Assembly: GCA_001949185.1 (NCBI GenBank)
Contig: BDGG01000002.1
Coordinates: 372,001 to 436,000 of the forward strand
Length of the DNA: 64,000 nucleotides
Source of the DNA: Ramazzottius varieornatus
Lineage: Eukaryota; Animalia; Tardigrada
Direction: 5' to 3'
Part shown: piece after piece, positions 53,801-64,000 of the stretch
How the letters are laid out: each line of letters opens with the position of its first letter
How positions within the stretch are numbered: the first letter of the stretch is position 1
Position numbers and translations under genes: made by a program
The notes under the pieces: generated by a model
The model's input: only the letters and a program-made list of their open reading frames with translations
Database searches by the model: none
What the model was told of the DNA's origin: nothing

Positions 53801-56588
53801 CTCGGTCTCGCTGCACGCTGCGCTGCGCTTCGCCCTCTTCCGGCTTTTAGGGTCTTTGCGGACAGAAAAGTCGTCAAAACATACGTCTGATTTACGAAGA
53901 CTTATGCCGGTGCGCCGCTTCTAGTTCGCAAAATAGAAGAGGGTTTTGTCCTTAGACCGGACAGAAATCTAGATTCATTCACGCTCAGGGGCGAGAAAAT
54001 TCACGAAGTGGACGTCAACCTAACAGCACGATAACATACCTCATGGTGTGTTATAAGGCTTTGCTCGCTCCGGTCTTAGATTAAAAATTTCAAAGCCCTT
54101 CCAAGGTCAAGAAAATCATTGAAGTCCGATTCTTGGTTCTTAGTATCGGGTTTTCAGTATCAAGAGTTTAGATAAATCAGTCGATCAGGAGGAAAAATGG
54201 TCGATATACGATCAGGTCGATATACGATCTATCGTTTTCCACCCTAACCTGAGCCTACCCCTGCCGGTGGTGAGGTGATCAGCGGTGTCGGGGGTGAGAG
54301 GAGCCTTTACCTGTTTGAAATTTATATTTTTGTATGTAGATTCGCATTTAACTATTCTTAAAGATCATATTAATAATAAATATTTATAGCGGTACAAATC
54401 ATGTTAATACTAATATTTGATATTGACGGTGGACGATGCGCGGTAGCATGGAATAAAAGTCAACATGAAAATTTGGTACCTCAATAAAGTGTGTCGCGAA
54501 GACATCAAGACGGTTGCCAGTCCATGGACTTGGATCATCCAGTTCCGTCCCATATCGCGCAGCACTCCAACCACCTTCTTGTCCTCTTGGTCGATGGCGT
54601 CCTTTACTAAATCGGCAGCTTGACACCAACTTAGACGGACGTGCTCCAGCTGTAGGAAGGTTGGGTACCTGCAGCCTTTCATGAGCTCGACCATCAGCCT
54701 CTGAGCTAGTTCTTGCCACATTCCCGTTTCAGCCTTCAGATCTTCCAGCTCGCCTTGAAGAGTAACCTTCTGGTTGTCAAACATCTTTCTGTACATATGA
54801 AGTGGCCTGATCAAGTCAGCGCCGGCGCAATAGCTATTACAGTCGGTGACGTCGGTGCCTGAAGTTGTCTTGTGGACGCGGTCGGATGCGCAAGTTGGCG
54901 GTACAGAATCGTTCTGCGATGGGCAGATGTGTGCGGCACCTTCGAAATTGCGCTCGTAATTTGGCTGTGCAGAATTCCACCATTGCTTGTACACTGCAAG
55001 CACAGTCAACTTATAATATCGTAGAAAAGTGGCAAAATACCATAATGGTCATCCCTTACAGTATACGTACGATGGGAAATTATGGGACAGGCGGAAAGGA
55101 CGGCAAAATGGAAAATCAACCGTCGAAAAACGTCGAAAAGTAAATTCCTGTGAATCACTCGCGTACGTACTTATCTCCGTGCCGCCGTAGCGAAAAGGCC
55201 TGTGCCATTTTTTTTACTGTCCCATAATTTCTCATTGTAAGTGTACTGTCTACGGTGCACGACAAAATAGGCTTTCAAAAACGGGTCTCAACGGGGACCA
55301 GGTGGACACAGCGAATGAAATGTGAGCACTGGCTTGATACTGATTTTGATGCCTTTCCCGTATCTAAGTCGTTCCACCCAACTTTGACAGCTTATTTTTT
55401 CGTGCGCTGTAGCTCAGGAATTTTGAAAAGTAGTCAATTTAAAGAGCAATTTGCAAGTTGCACATCATACGGAATCCAACACCGTTTACCTACAAAATGT
55501 TCGGCTAACCGTCTGTCCAGTGACCTGCTGGCAAGCATGTCGTCATGAATCTCCATCAATTGTTTCGGCAGATTAGTCAACAGGTCAACATAGCGTCGCC
55601 GTAGATGGGACAAGAAATGGCCGCGTTCGGCACAGTGGACCGTGCATGCCCTTATGGCTTCATAGAAGACGGTCTTATAAAATTGCTGCTCGTTGCAGAT
55701 CAAGCGCAGCAGCTGTACCATGGACTGGTCTGTCCCATTGGCCATGTCCAACGAGTCGCCCCCTCCGTCGTCCCTGCCTGCTACACCACCTAGTTTCTCG
55801 TCAGAGCAGTGAAGCACTAGATGCAACTGATGAGCGGGTATGGGGTGTAGATGTGGCAAGACCCCTGCCTCTTCCCCGCCACCCGAAACCTCGATAGCGT
55901 CCTCATCCTGAATGATCTGCAACGGAGCGACCAACGTCCGAAAGCGGTGCTCCACATACTCTGAAGGCACCAGTTCGCTGACCGGTGGCTGCGTGCTTGC
56001 GTGCAGCCATCTGCTGGCATTGACTTCTCGCTTGCTGTCTAGTAGAACGCATAGTGTCTCTCCACCATCGTCGCTTGTCGTTGCTGTCCGGGTTAGATCC
56101 GTAACTGTTGCAGTGCGTTCTTCGACCTGATACAGTCCCGGAGGGTCTCGCAGTAAATGTTCAAAGCGTTCTTGACCATGCGGAAAGAACCAGGCTCTGT
56201 CCGGTTTCACATTGCGTGACGAGCGGGGCGAAGCCTTGGGCTAATGTGCGATAAGAATAAAGAGCTATACAAAGGTCATCGATATCCATACTTTACAGCT
56301 GGAAAGATTGATCATGCGCCAGTGGAATAACGTTACCTGCAGATTTTAGCGTACTTTGAGAAGGCTCTGAAACAGTCCGGCAGTGGCAAGTCCATCGACG
56401 GAATGGTAACAGTCATCAGGCGAGTCCGGACGAAGGTGAATTTGGTAAGCATCAGCCGCAGATGAAGCGATGTTGCCCAAATCGTTACCGACATGTGCCT
56501 CCGTAAGCAACAACTCTCGAGACAGATCGACATGGAGCGGTACTACTTCTAGGCTATGCGCAGCCGAATGATGAAAGTATAACTCCAT
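47824..56588 (-). CDS. AXDND1: Axonemal dynein light chain domain-containing protein 1-like; multi-exon, with a large TE-filled intron at ~49715-54480
   Basis: Ax_dynein_light-type motif EQQFYKTVFYEAIRACTVHCAERGHFLSHLRRRYVDLL (55434-56210), followed by a coiled-coil exon (HMYRKMFDNQKVTLQGELEDLKAETGMWQELA). The helical ORFs 48618-49730 and 47824-48717 on the same strand are inferred to be the 3' exons. Confidence 0.72.
49772..50695. mobile_element. Non-autonomous mariner/Tc1-type element with TA TSD
   Basis: ta-TTAGGTCTGCCAGTATGACTTTGCGGTTTTCGG...CCGAAAACTCCAAAAGTCATACTGACAGACCTAA-ta. Confidence 0.85.
50719..51438. mobile_element. MITE with ~28-bp TIRs
   Basis: CAGCCCGAGGCGGCCAAGTGACTACCAC...GTGGTAGTCGCTTGGCCGCCTGAGGCTG-ta. 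Confidence 0.8.
51462..54313 (-). mobile_element. hAT (Hermes/hobo-like) DNA transposon, truncated transposase, 5-bp TSD TTTGA
   Basis: TIRs TAGGTGAGGGTCCCTCTCACCACCGA and (reverse complement) CAGGTAAAGGCTCCTCTCACCCCCGA. BED-like and Hermes dimerisation region (FCAVDGRSFKEVSGKGFRALI..LPDPTTIS, 52710-53261). Catalytic segment VTDQGGNI..RINCAVHLLN (52279-52581). Confidence 0.85.
51532..52273. mobile_element. Nested non-autonomous TIR element inside the hAT
   Basis: CACCGATGGGCTCCCCTAACCAC versus reverse complement CATCGGTGGGCTCCCCTCACCAC; abuts the truncated 3' end of the transposase. Confidence 0.7.
55059..55248. mobile_element. Tc1-type MITE in an AXDND1 intron
   Basis: ta-CAGTATACGTACGATGGGAAATTATGGGACAG...CTGTCCCATAATTTCTCATTGTAAGTGTACTG. 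Confidence 0.75.
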
Positions 56589-56980
56589 TATGGGTTTTCC
56601 ACTGAGTTATGCGATTTTAAACCGAGCGATTGTGGAAAAAATAACACGTTGTTCGAGGTCACTAAAGCCTTGGGTGGCTAATCATAGGCGCCAGCCCCTG
56701 ACCCATCAAGCAGCCAAGCTAGCAGCCAAGTAACCGTGGATACATCGGCCACAAGAAAAGAATGACGAAGAGGCTTTTCATCCCTCCCCTCCCCTTCAAG
56801 GCTTGCTCAACGGCTCACTCTGAGGTCCTGACTTGCTGCAACATCGGATGCCATAATTATCCACTGCGCATGGATGAGTAGGACTATAATGGTTGTTATA
56901 TGGTTAAAGGGTGGTTGACCGTGGTTGATCCTAATAAATCCTGAGCAGATAGCACAACTTAGTTAAAGGAAATGTTGAAT

Positions 56981-57531
56981 TTAGCTTCTTGTATTGCCCA
57001 AAGTCAACAACGAGTCAAAGGTATGTGCTGAATCGCCACCCTCGGCCACGGCTGCCTCAGCCTGCTGTCCTAACCTCTGCGCAGTGACGAAGAAGTTGTT
57101 GTCCTGCAGCGGCCTCTCCCACTGCGCCACCTTGTCCACTTTTGCCAATATTTCTTCATGTTCAACGATCCGTTGCCCACTCATGTCCACCTGTGCAATC
57201 TTCAGCCCACATCCCCAGCTGACGATCAAGTCGGCATCTCCATGCTGGTCGCCAAACATTGGCTACGAAAAAAGAAACTGCTCAAGTACTGCGTACCTCA
57301 CAATAAACGTTGTCACCACTTTCCACCACTTTGCTTACCCATGCGACGATGGGCACACCGCTGGATATTGCCTCCATGGTACTGTTCCACCCACAATGGC
57401 TGACAAAGGTCCGTGTGCACCGGTGCTTTAGTATCATCTTTTGGGGAGCCCACTTTAAAATTAAGTAGGGCACCTCCGGGTCCTCAAACTGTCCCTTGAT
57501 GGCTTGCTGTATATCCCATGGAAGATGTACC
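56981..57531 (-). pseudogene. C-terminal fragment of a plant-type (PSPG-box) GT1 UDP-glycosyltransferase, two exons
   Basis: [38 protein letters not shown] / PMFGDQ...AEAAVAEGGDSAHTFDSLL*; no TM helix; upstream exons not found. Confidence 0.8.
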
Positions 57532-58129
57532 TGCTGAGCAGGTCGAAGGGACCAAATTAAGTAGGGTGTTGATCTTGAAAGTGGATTACGAAGTTTCGCT
57601 TTAAAGATAAGCAGCCCTCGAGTAGCTTATGTTAGAAGCGAAAACGGATTATTCTCCGCACACTTGACTCAAAATTTCAAATTTTCATTTCTCAGCTGAT
57701 CGCTGTCTGCACAGCACTTCACGTTGCGAGATACCGTTTCACGTATGGGCTTCTTGATACCTATTAGTGTCGCTGACATCGACAGACAGAGACTAGCCAG
57801 AGAGAAAACTATGAATTTCAGCCTAGTCAGGAGGCAAAGTTTGCCTGCAAACCTACCCCGCAAAACTCGCGCATTTCCGCTCCCGTTTCCGAAACTTTCG
57901 AAAAACGCAATTTTGCCTCACTCACGACTGATTTCCGTTGATCAGGCAAACTCAAATTTTAAATCAACCGTTTACGACATAAACAGCTCGCCGTGAGGGG
58001 GACCAATAGGTAATATCTTGACAGCAAAGTTTCACTGGTTATTGTTGTGGCGAATCCGAGATGCTGATCAGTTGACAGGTGGCAATAACTGGGCCGAAAC
58101 TAGGGATGGTTCTTGGGGCTCTTAGCATC

Positions 58130-59730
58130 AGCTTCTACATTGGCTGTTTCATCCGACCGCTGATAGTCCCGCTATATATGGGGCTGCTTTCTTCGGCTTG
58201 GGCTGTGGAATCATCTGGACAGTCCAAGGATATTTCGTCACCATCAACTTGACACCCAAACGGGTCTTGCGAAACACCGGCGTCTTCTTGGCGCTGTACC
58301 GGTCCAGGTTTGTTGACATGTCGGTCATTCACTGGAGTGTCATGGTATTCGGTAACGTGACGTCTAAATGTCGGAATGACTAGATACCACGATTGTAAAC
58401 CGTGACTGGTGGTTGCAGCATGGTGACGGTAATCTTTTCTACTTCCTGATGGTTCATGGATCACAGACTATTCTACCGGAAACACATGTCATTGTCTTTT
58501 CCACGCTCTTGGCCTGCTCTTTGGCGGGCGTCCTGGTCCTAGCCTGTTTTGTTCACCCATGGACCGGCAAAGTTCCGCTGGCACCGGGGACAGAAGGACA
58601 GAGCAGTACTATCACACATGCTGCGCTGCAGGAACCGGTGCAAATGACAGCAGTACACCGGCGACCTAAAGCTGCCTTCCGTAAGCTAGGCTGAAGTTAG
58701 TAAAGTGCAGGATACTGTTTCATTTCGTAGGCATGAAACATAATCCTTGAAGGATTTTGCATACAGAGTCAACGATAAAGTATTTCCGCAGCCGTGAACT
58801 GCTGTCATTACTGCCGTTCTTCGCCTACATCGGTGAGTTCGCCTATGCATCGAAGCCTTTTTTTACGCAATTCGGAACGTTAGATAAGCAGATCGCGTAT
58901 TACCTGTCTGTAAGGATTTCCTCGAACAGGAGTCCTTTGGGGAAACGTTTACCCAACAGTTTTGGGATACGCTCGTCGCTTTGACCGGCTACGCGAGTCG
59001 CTGGTGGGGCTGAGCGGAGTATGTGGCGGAATCGGCGAGATTGTCGGTACAACAACTTTAATCTTTTTAGTCAAATTATCATAACCAAGTATGGGTATAA
59101 CCTGATAACAATTATCCGTACACCTACGACGAGAAATTATGGGCCAGTAAAAATTATTAGACCAGGCCTTTTCGCTACGGCGGTAGAGAAGCACGTACGT
59201 ACGCGACCGATTCACAGTAATACACTTCTGGACCCTTTTCTACGTTTTAATTTCCATTTTGCCGTCTTTTCTGCCTGGTCCCATAATTTTTACTGGCCCC
59301 ATAATTCCCGTCGTGCGTGTACAGGAGAAGTGGCGCTGGGTCTGTTGGGCAAATGGATGCATTTTCACGGCAAAGATGGCGCTGTCATCGGTGGCCTTTT
59401 GATCTACATCGCTGCCTGTTACATGGCGTACCTGAACACTCCCGCCTGAGCATCGCTGGAGATGACTTCCGATGGCGCTTTCATCGGACCCAAGTGAGGA
59501 TTTGACTTTGTGAACCCATTTATATCACGGACCCGCTTATGGATCAGCCGCTGTTATTCGTCTTTTCAGTGCGGTTGTGGCACTGTTTTCGTGGTTTCTT
59601 TTCGGATTCGGTACGTAGAGACGCTTGACAGCGGACACTTGAAATGAGTTGTTTTTCGAAAGGAAATTAAGACAGTTGGATTAATATCAAACCTGGTTTT
59701 TCAGGCGACGCAGTTTGGTGTGGTCAGGTA
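58130..59730 (+). pseudogene. UNC-93-like / MFSD11 MFS gene, partial and disrupted
   Basis: GAAFFGLGCGIIWTVQGYFVT..RNTGVFLALYRS; GNLFYFLM; LVGLSGVCGGIGEIV; FLFGF/GDAVW. Apparent frameshifts at ~58180 and ~58427, stop at 59447; no 5' exons seen. Confidence 0.7.
59116..59324. mobile_element. MITE, same family as 55059-55248
   Basis: CCGTACACCTACGACGAGAAATTATGGGCCAGTAAAATTAT...ATAATTTTTACTGGCCCCATAATTCCCGTCGTGCGTGTACAG. Confidence 0.75.
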
Positions 59731-61307
59731 CGTATTACTAATGACGCCTGTTTCTAGCGACTGGCGCTTTTGCTCATGCATTCGTTTTGACCCCTCTTTT
59801 TTGAGGAGAAGTTGCAGGAAATATTTAGATACATTTAAATTTTGGAGTTGACAGGAAATGACATGGCGCTAAACGTTTGACCAATGGTTGCAAGGTTGTT
59901 AGGACACTATGTCAGACTCAGTTGGTGGGGCAATGCTGCACTTTTGCGAGAAACTAGTGCGTCAGCCGTCAAGAAAGGTTTTGCCGAGCCATAGGGGACA
60001 GATAACCGCATGGTGGAAACAGCTGATCCGGCCTGAACGACAAGCCATGTACACGCACCAAGAGAAAGTTTGGAACTGTAAAAAAGTGGCTGAAAAAGAC
60101 GGCAAATTGAGAATTCAACCGTAGAAAATTGCCAGAAAGTGCATTGGTGTGAATTGCCTAACTTACGTACGTGCGGACTTTTGTGCCGCCGTTTCGGAAA
60201 CGCTTGTTTCAAACTTTTTCTGCTCCAAACAATCTCTTCGTGCGTGCATGGAAAATTAGATGCAAAACTGACTTTCGCGTTTTTTCCCAATACATGGAGA
60301 CAGTTCCACCGGAACGTACTCATCCGGCCTTTTCTTGGAGTCAAACGAAATACAGTAGAAGGCTTTCTTCCAGAAAAGCTCGTGTGCTGAGCAAATTAGG
60401 AGTTGCTCAAAAGTGCCAGTCAGTAAAGGCAGCCATCAGGCCCATCACTTATGCCTCGGTTTAGTTCAGCTAGAGCGAGCAGCTGGCTAGCTTGTCAAGC
60501 AAACCCATTGGCTAAGTTGATTTCATTGCAGTTGATGGCGTATTTGGGCGAGACGTATTGTCACGAATGTGTCTCCGTCTTTACCGTCTCCCAGTTCTGC
60601 AGTGTAAGTAGCAATTTCCGACTTGTTTAATTGATGGTTGCGTCGCAGTGTGGCAGTAATCCTTTCCATCGATTTTAATGCAAACACGAATCCACACGGC
60701 CTCTGCCGATATGGAATTTCAAACTGATTGAAGCTTTTCTTCCGGTTGCATGGTCAGGCTCTGACGGCCGCAGGTACCTTCGCCTACGCTGTCGTACTGC
60801 AGTTTCCCTACCAACTGCTGGTTATGGTCAACTACGCTCTACCTGCCGCTGCAGGTTTCGGCCTCGTCGAATGGCCAAGTCTCTTCAGATATAACAGATC
60901 TGGACAACACTGCAGCTAACCGACCTCACCAAGACCCTGAAGCTTTGTGGAATCGTCTACGGGTTACCATTGCCAACAACCTGTGATATTTCGGATTATT
61001 TCCCATGTGATTCTCCACGTTGGCGGCATGCCGGAACCTTTACGGCACTTTATTGTCTGTGATTGTTATATCCGTGCTGCTGTCCGATTAAACTGTTGTC
61101 GAGGCTGTCGAACAACATTCTTTGATGGATCTGTAACCACTGACTATTTTACATGCAAAAGAACTATGCGGTACTCGTATAAAAAGCTGTACCTTTCGAC
61201 GAGAATGACTTATCCACAGAGCAAGAAAAAAATAATTTTACAGTGCGTGAGTGCTTCTCAGAGGAATGGCGGAGACACATCAATCAGATACTTATCAACA
61301 TTGTACC

Positions 61308-62317
61308 CTAATGAGGTCCATGGGCAATTGGCGCAGTCCAGGGTCTGAAAGCCGAGCTCCGCGACGTTGAGGCTTTTGTAAAGAGCGACGTGTTGTGACC
61401 CTCGAATTTTCTGGTCACTACCGGAGAGGCAAGCTTTCCTGCCGTGAAATGTTGGTCAACGGATGGAGGAGACGGAATGCTCAATCTATGGGAGAAGGTG
61501 TTCAATGACTGGTCGTTGCGCAGGAGGTCGACAAAGTGTCGTTTCTTCTGTTTGCGCGGCACAACGGGTAAAGGTTGCCTGCAGAGGAGACTGTGGGCGC
61601 TGACGGCCAAATCCTCCGTGCTGGCGCTGCGGAGAATACGGTTGATGGAACTGACACTTGGGATGGAATGGACGTCGCAGACGCGCTGCACCAACAGAGT
61701 GTCGCGGATCTCCCAGGCAAATATGGCGGCGTTCTCCCGCTTCATATTGAGGATCTTTCGGACGACCAAAGGCGTGGCAATTTGCAGCTAGACACGCAGG
61801 ACAAATATGTCTTAGAAAGCTGACAGTATTATATCTGTCACTGCCAAATTTCATTATTTAGGTGGCGCAAAGATGGAAGCCAATGCACAGATCAGCGTGC
61901 CGCCACCTCGCTACGGGACGCTGTAGTTCGCTTTCGTGGAATGCAGCATGCCACGCGGCATCCCCAACCAACTTATTGTTTTTTCTCCTTACCTTTGGTT
62001 TGCTTCCTCCAATTGATCCAGGTTTGATGGAGCCGGTTTCGTGGTAGCGGGTGAGGATCTTGCTGACGCAACCGTGCGATACCAGCAACTGCCTCGATAT
62101 ATCACAGGGTCGTACACCCAGGCAAGCCAGCTCCACGATTTTTCGCCGTATGAAGTCCGGTAAAGGTCGTCCGTTAACAAAGACACCGCCCAGCTGGTTC
62201 ACGCCGGTTTGTCCAGCTACAAAATAAAACAAAAGATTCGCATGACCTTTCATTGGTGCTCATTTTGTAGAGCGAAATGCAAACAGCAAGTCCGAGTAAC
62301 GTACCAGTGTGCGGCAT
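61308..62317 (-). CDS. Poxn: Pox neuro paired-box transcription factor; 3' end provisional
   Basis: Micro-exon MPHT|G (62317-62305), then [56 protein letters not shown], then [27 protein letters not shown]. The MPHTGQ start and RQLLVSHG are characteristic of Poxn. Confidence 0.9.
61859..61908. repeat. Degenerate palindromic intronic unit
   Basis: TAGGTGGCGCAA + 26 nt + GTGCCGCCACCT in a Poxn intron. Confidence 0.55.
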
Positions 62318-63248
62318 TTCCGACTTCAGCACTAGGTGGTAGCGAGGAAAACTCGGTCTAGAGTGGAAGTATTAAATGTGATGAGAGTTGGATACAGTCT
62401 TATGTATTAGACTTTATATGTCTGCGCCAGAATACCTTCACTGTTTTATCCGAATGCCCCTATGGCGTTGAGTCAACTGGAAAGAGGGATGACATTGCAT
62501 CGAAAGAGGAGGTCCCAACATGCGGCAGAAGCACCTGCCCTTTCCGTCACGGATAACAGGCTTAATAGGGCATTTAGTCAGCCGTAATATAAAGTGTGGT
62601 GGACGACATAATAAGCTGGTGACAAGTCACGATGGGGGGAATTTGTCGTCAAAGGGGATCAGTGCAGCGCCTAACGAGCTCTTGTCGCTCCCCAACAGAT
62701 GTTTCCTGTTGGCTAGCCCAACCACTTGTCCTTCCGTATCAGCTGCTGAAGCAGTAAGCGCCGATTTCCGCCCCTTTTGTTCTTGCGTGCAAAATCAGAT
62801 GAGCTAAACCGCCTTTCTAACTGATCATGACCATTTAATGTTGCAGAGGTATAGGGATACTATATTTGGCCTTTAAGCTTTGAATTATTTATCATTTTGA
62901 CTGAGCTGCCCCGCTTTTTCATTTTACGTTTTTATACGGTAAGTAGCTAAAATTTTACCGTCTTCTGCTCCCTATTGCCACGCTCCGTCCAGCTGAACGT
63001 TCCTTCTTTCTGACCTTTGGTCTAGACCGAGAAAATCAAAGATTCACGCCCGGATAAACACAAGCTGCTGTAGCTCATTCAGCATACTGCTAGACCGTGG
63101 CAGTACCTTTCATCGAGATTTCGGCAGCCGAGCCAGTGGCTTCGATTTGAGAAGCTACTGAGACATAAAGCTATCGATACCATTTCTGGTTTGCGTAACG
63201 CTACCGAAGAGCAGAAAAGTGCCATTTTACACAGTTATCAAATAGAAA

Positions 63249-63568
63249 ATGACGAATGTCATCAAGGCCCTTCTTATGTCCCTCTTAATGGTTTCATTGG
63301 TTCGTATACATATGATGCTCAACGTCCTGCTTGATCAGGCCACCAATTAGTGACCATTCAAGTCTTTCAGGTGGTCCATTCTATGGGAGCCCAGGAGGCC
63401 GAAGCTGTTACTGCGGATGCGACAACAGACGACGCCATGGTTATTGGGTCTTGCGTCCAAGATAGCAACAACTTCATGAGCAACTGCGTTGGAGAATGCA
63501 AAGCAAAGGGCTTCAGCCTGGGTCTCTGCGTCGGTAACAATGGAGGCGTCTGTCGTTGTTCCCATTAA
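63249..63568 (+). CDS. Secreted CS-alpha-beta defensin-like peptide, 2 exons (63249-63299, 63371-63568)
   Basis: Signal MTNVIKALLMSLLMVSLVVHSMGA; acidic pro-piece; mature region C-x10-C-x3-C-x9-C-x7-C-x-C. Confidence 0.8.
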
Positions 63569-64000
63569 ACTCGGCCGGAAGCAGCCGCGCTTCGCAGAAG
63601 CAGACATTTTTGCCGTCAGTCCGACTTTTTATAAGCTTGCTCGCATATTGTCCGGTGAAAAAACTGTAATAAAGATTTAAGTCATCCTTTCTGCTCCGCC
63701 TGCAGTCCGGTCGCTCGAAATGTCTGCATATTTCTCGATTTCAGTTCAAGCCGGCTATTCATTCCCCGCACTGCGTGCCAAAGTATGGACCAACATCAAT
63801 CGAAATTGTAAAAATGTTTACACTTCGAGCGACCAGATTATATTCGGAAACCTGGGTCCTAACCACCTGGAAGACAGTAGAATTTCTGTGAATTAAATAA
63901 AAATAGTGAGTTCGAATTTAATAAATATAGGGGTTCGAATTTTTGTCCGAAAAGATTCTGGCATTAGAATGATGTCACATAGCGTAAGACTACACATACG

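Overview
Gene-dense eukaryotic (animal) genomic DNA with short GT-AG introns and one N-gap (25030-25757). A basal (clade I, Trichuris/Trichinella-like) nematode is my best guess from gene content and architecture; this is inference only. In order, the window holds: calsyntenin (-), an OXR1/NCOA7 LysM-GRAM-TLDc gene (-), Sec13 (+), an RRM + FGG-repeat + multi-Tudor gene (+), a small unknown membrane protein (-) head-to-head with LYRM1 (+), a frameshifted ferritin (+), a GLUT-type sugar porter (+), a divergent nuclear receptor (-), CDC50 (+), tRNA-Gly(CCC) (-), AXDND1 (-) with an intron packed with DNA transposons (including a Hermes-like hAT with a 5-bp TSD), a plant-type UGT fragment (-), a disrupted UNC-93/MFSD11 gene (+), Pox neuro (-) and a secreted CS-alpha-beta defensin-like peptide (+). 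The most striking unexplained signal is a palindromic element, CAAGTGGCGCAC-N25-GTGCGCCACTTG. It forms short arrays in eight introns of seven unrelated genes, with near-invariant 25-bp spacing despite variable spacer sequence. Exon boundaries were read by eye and are approximate.
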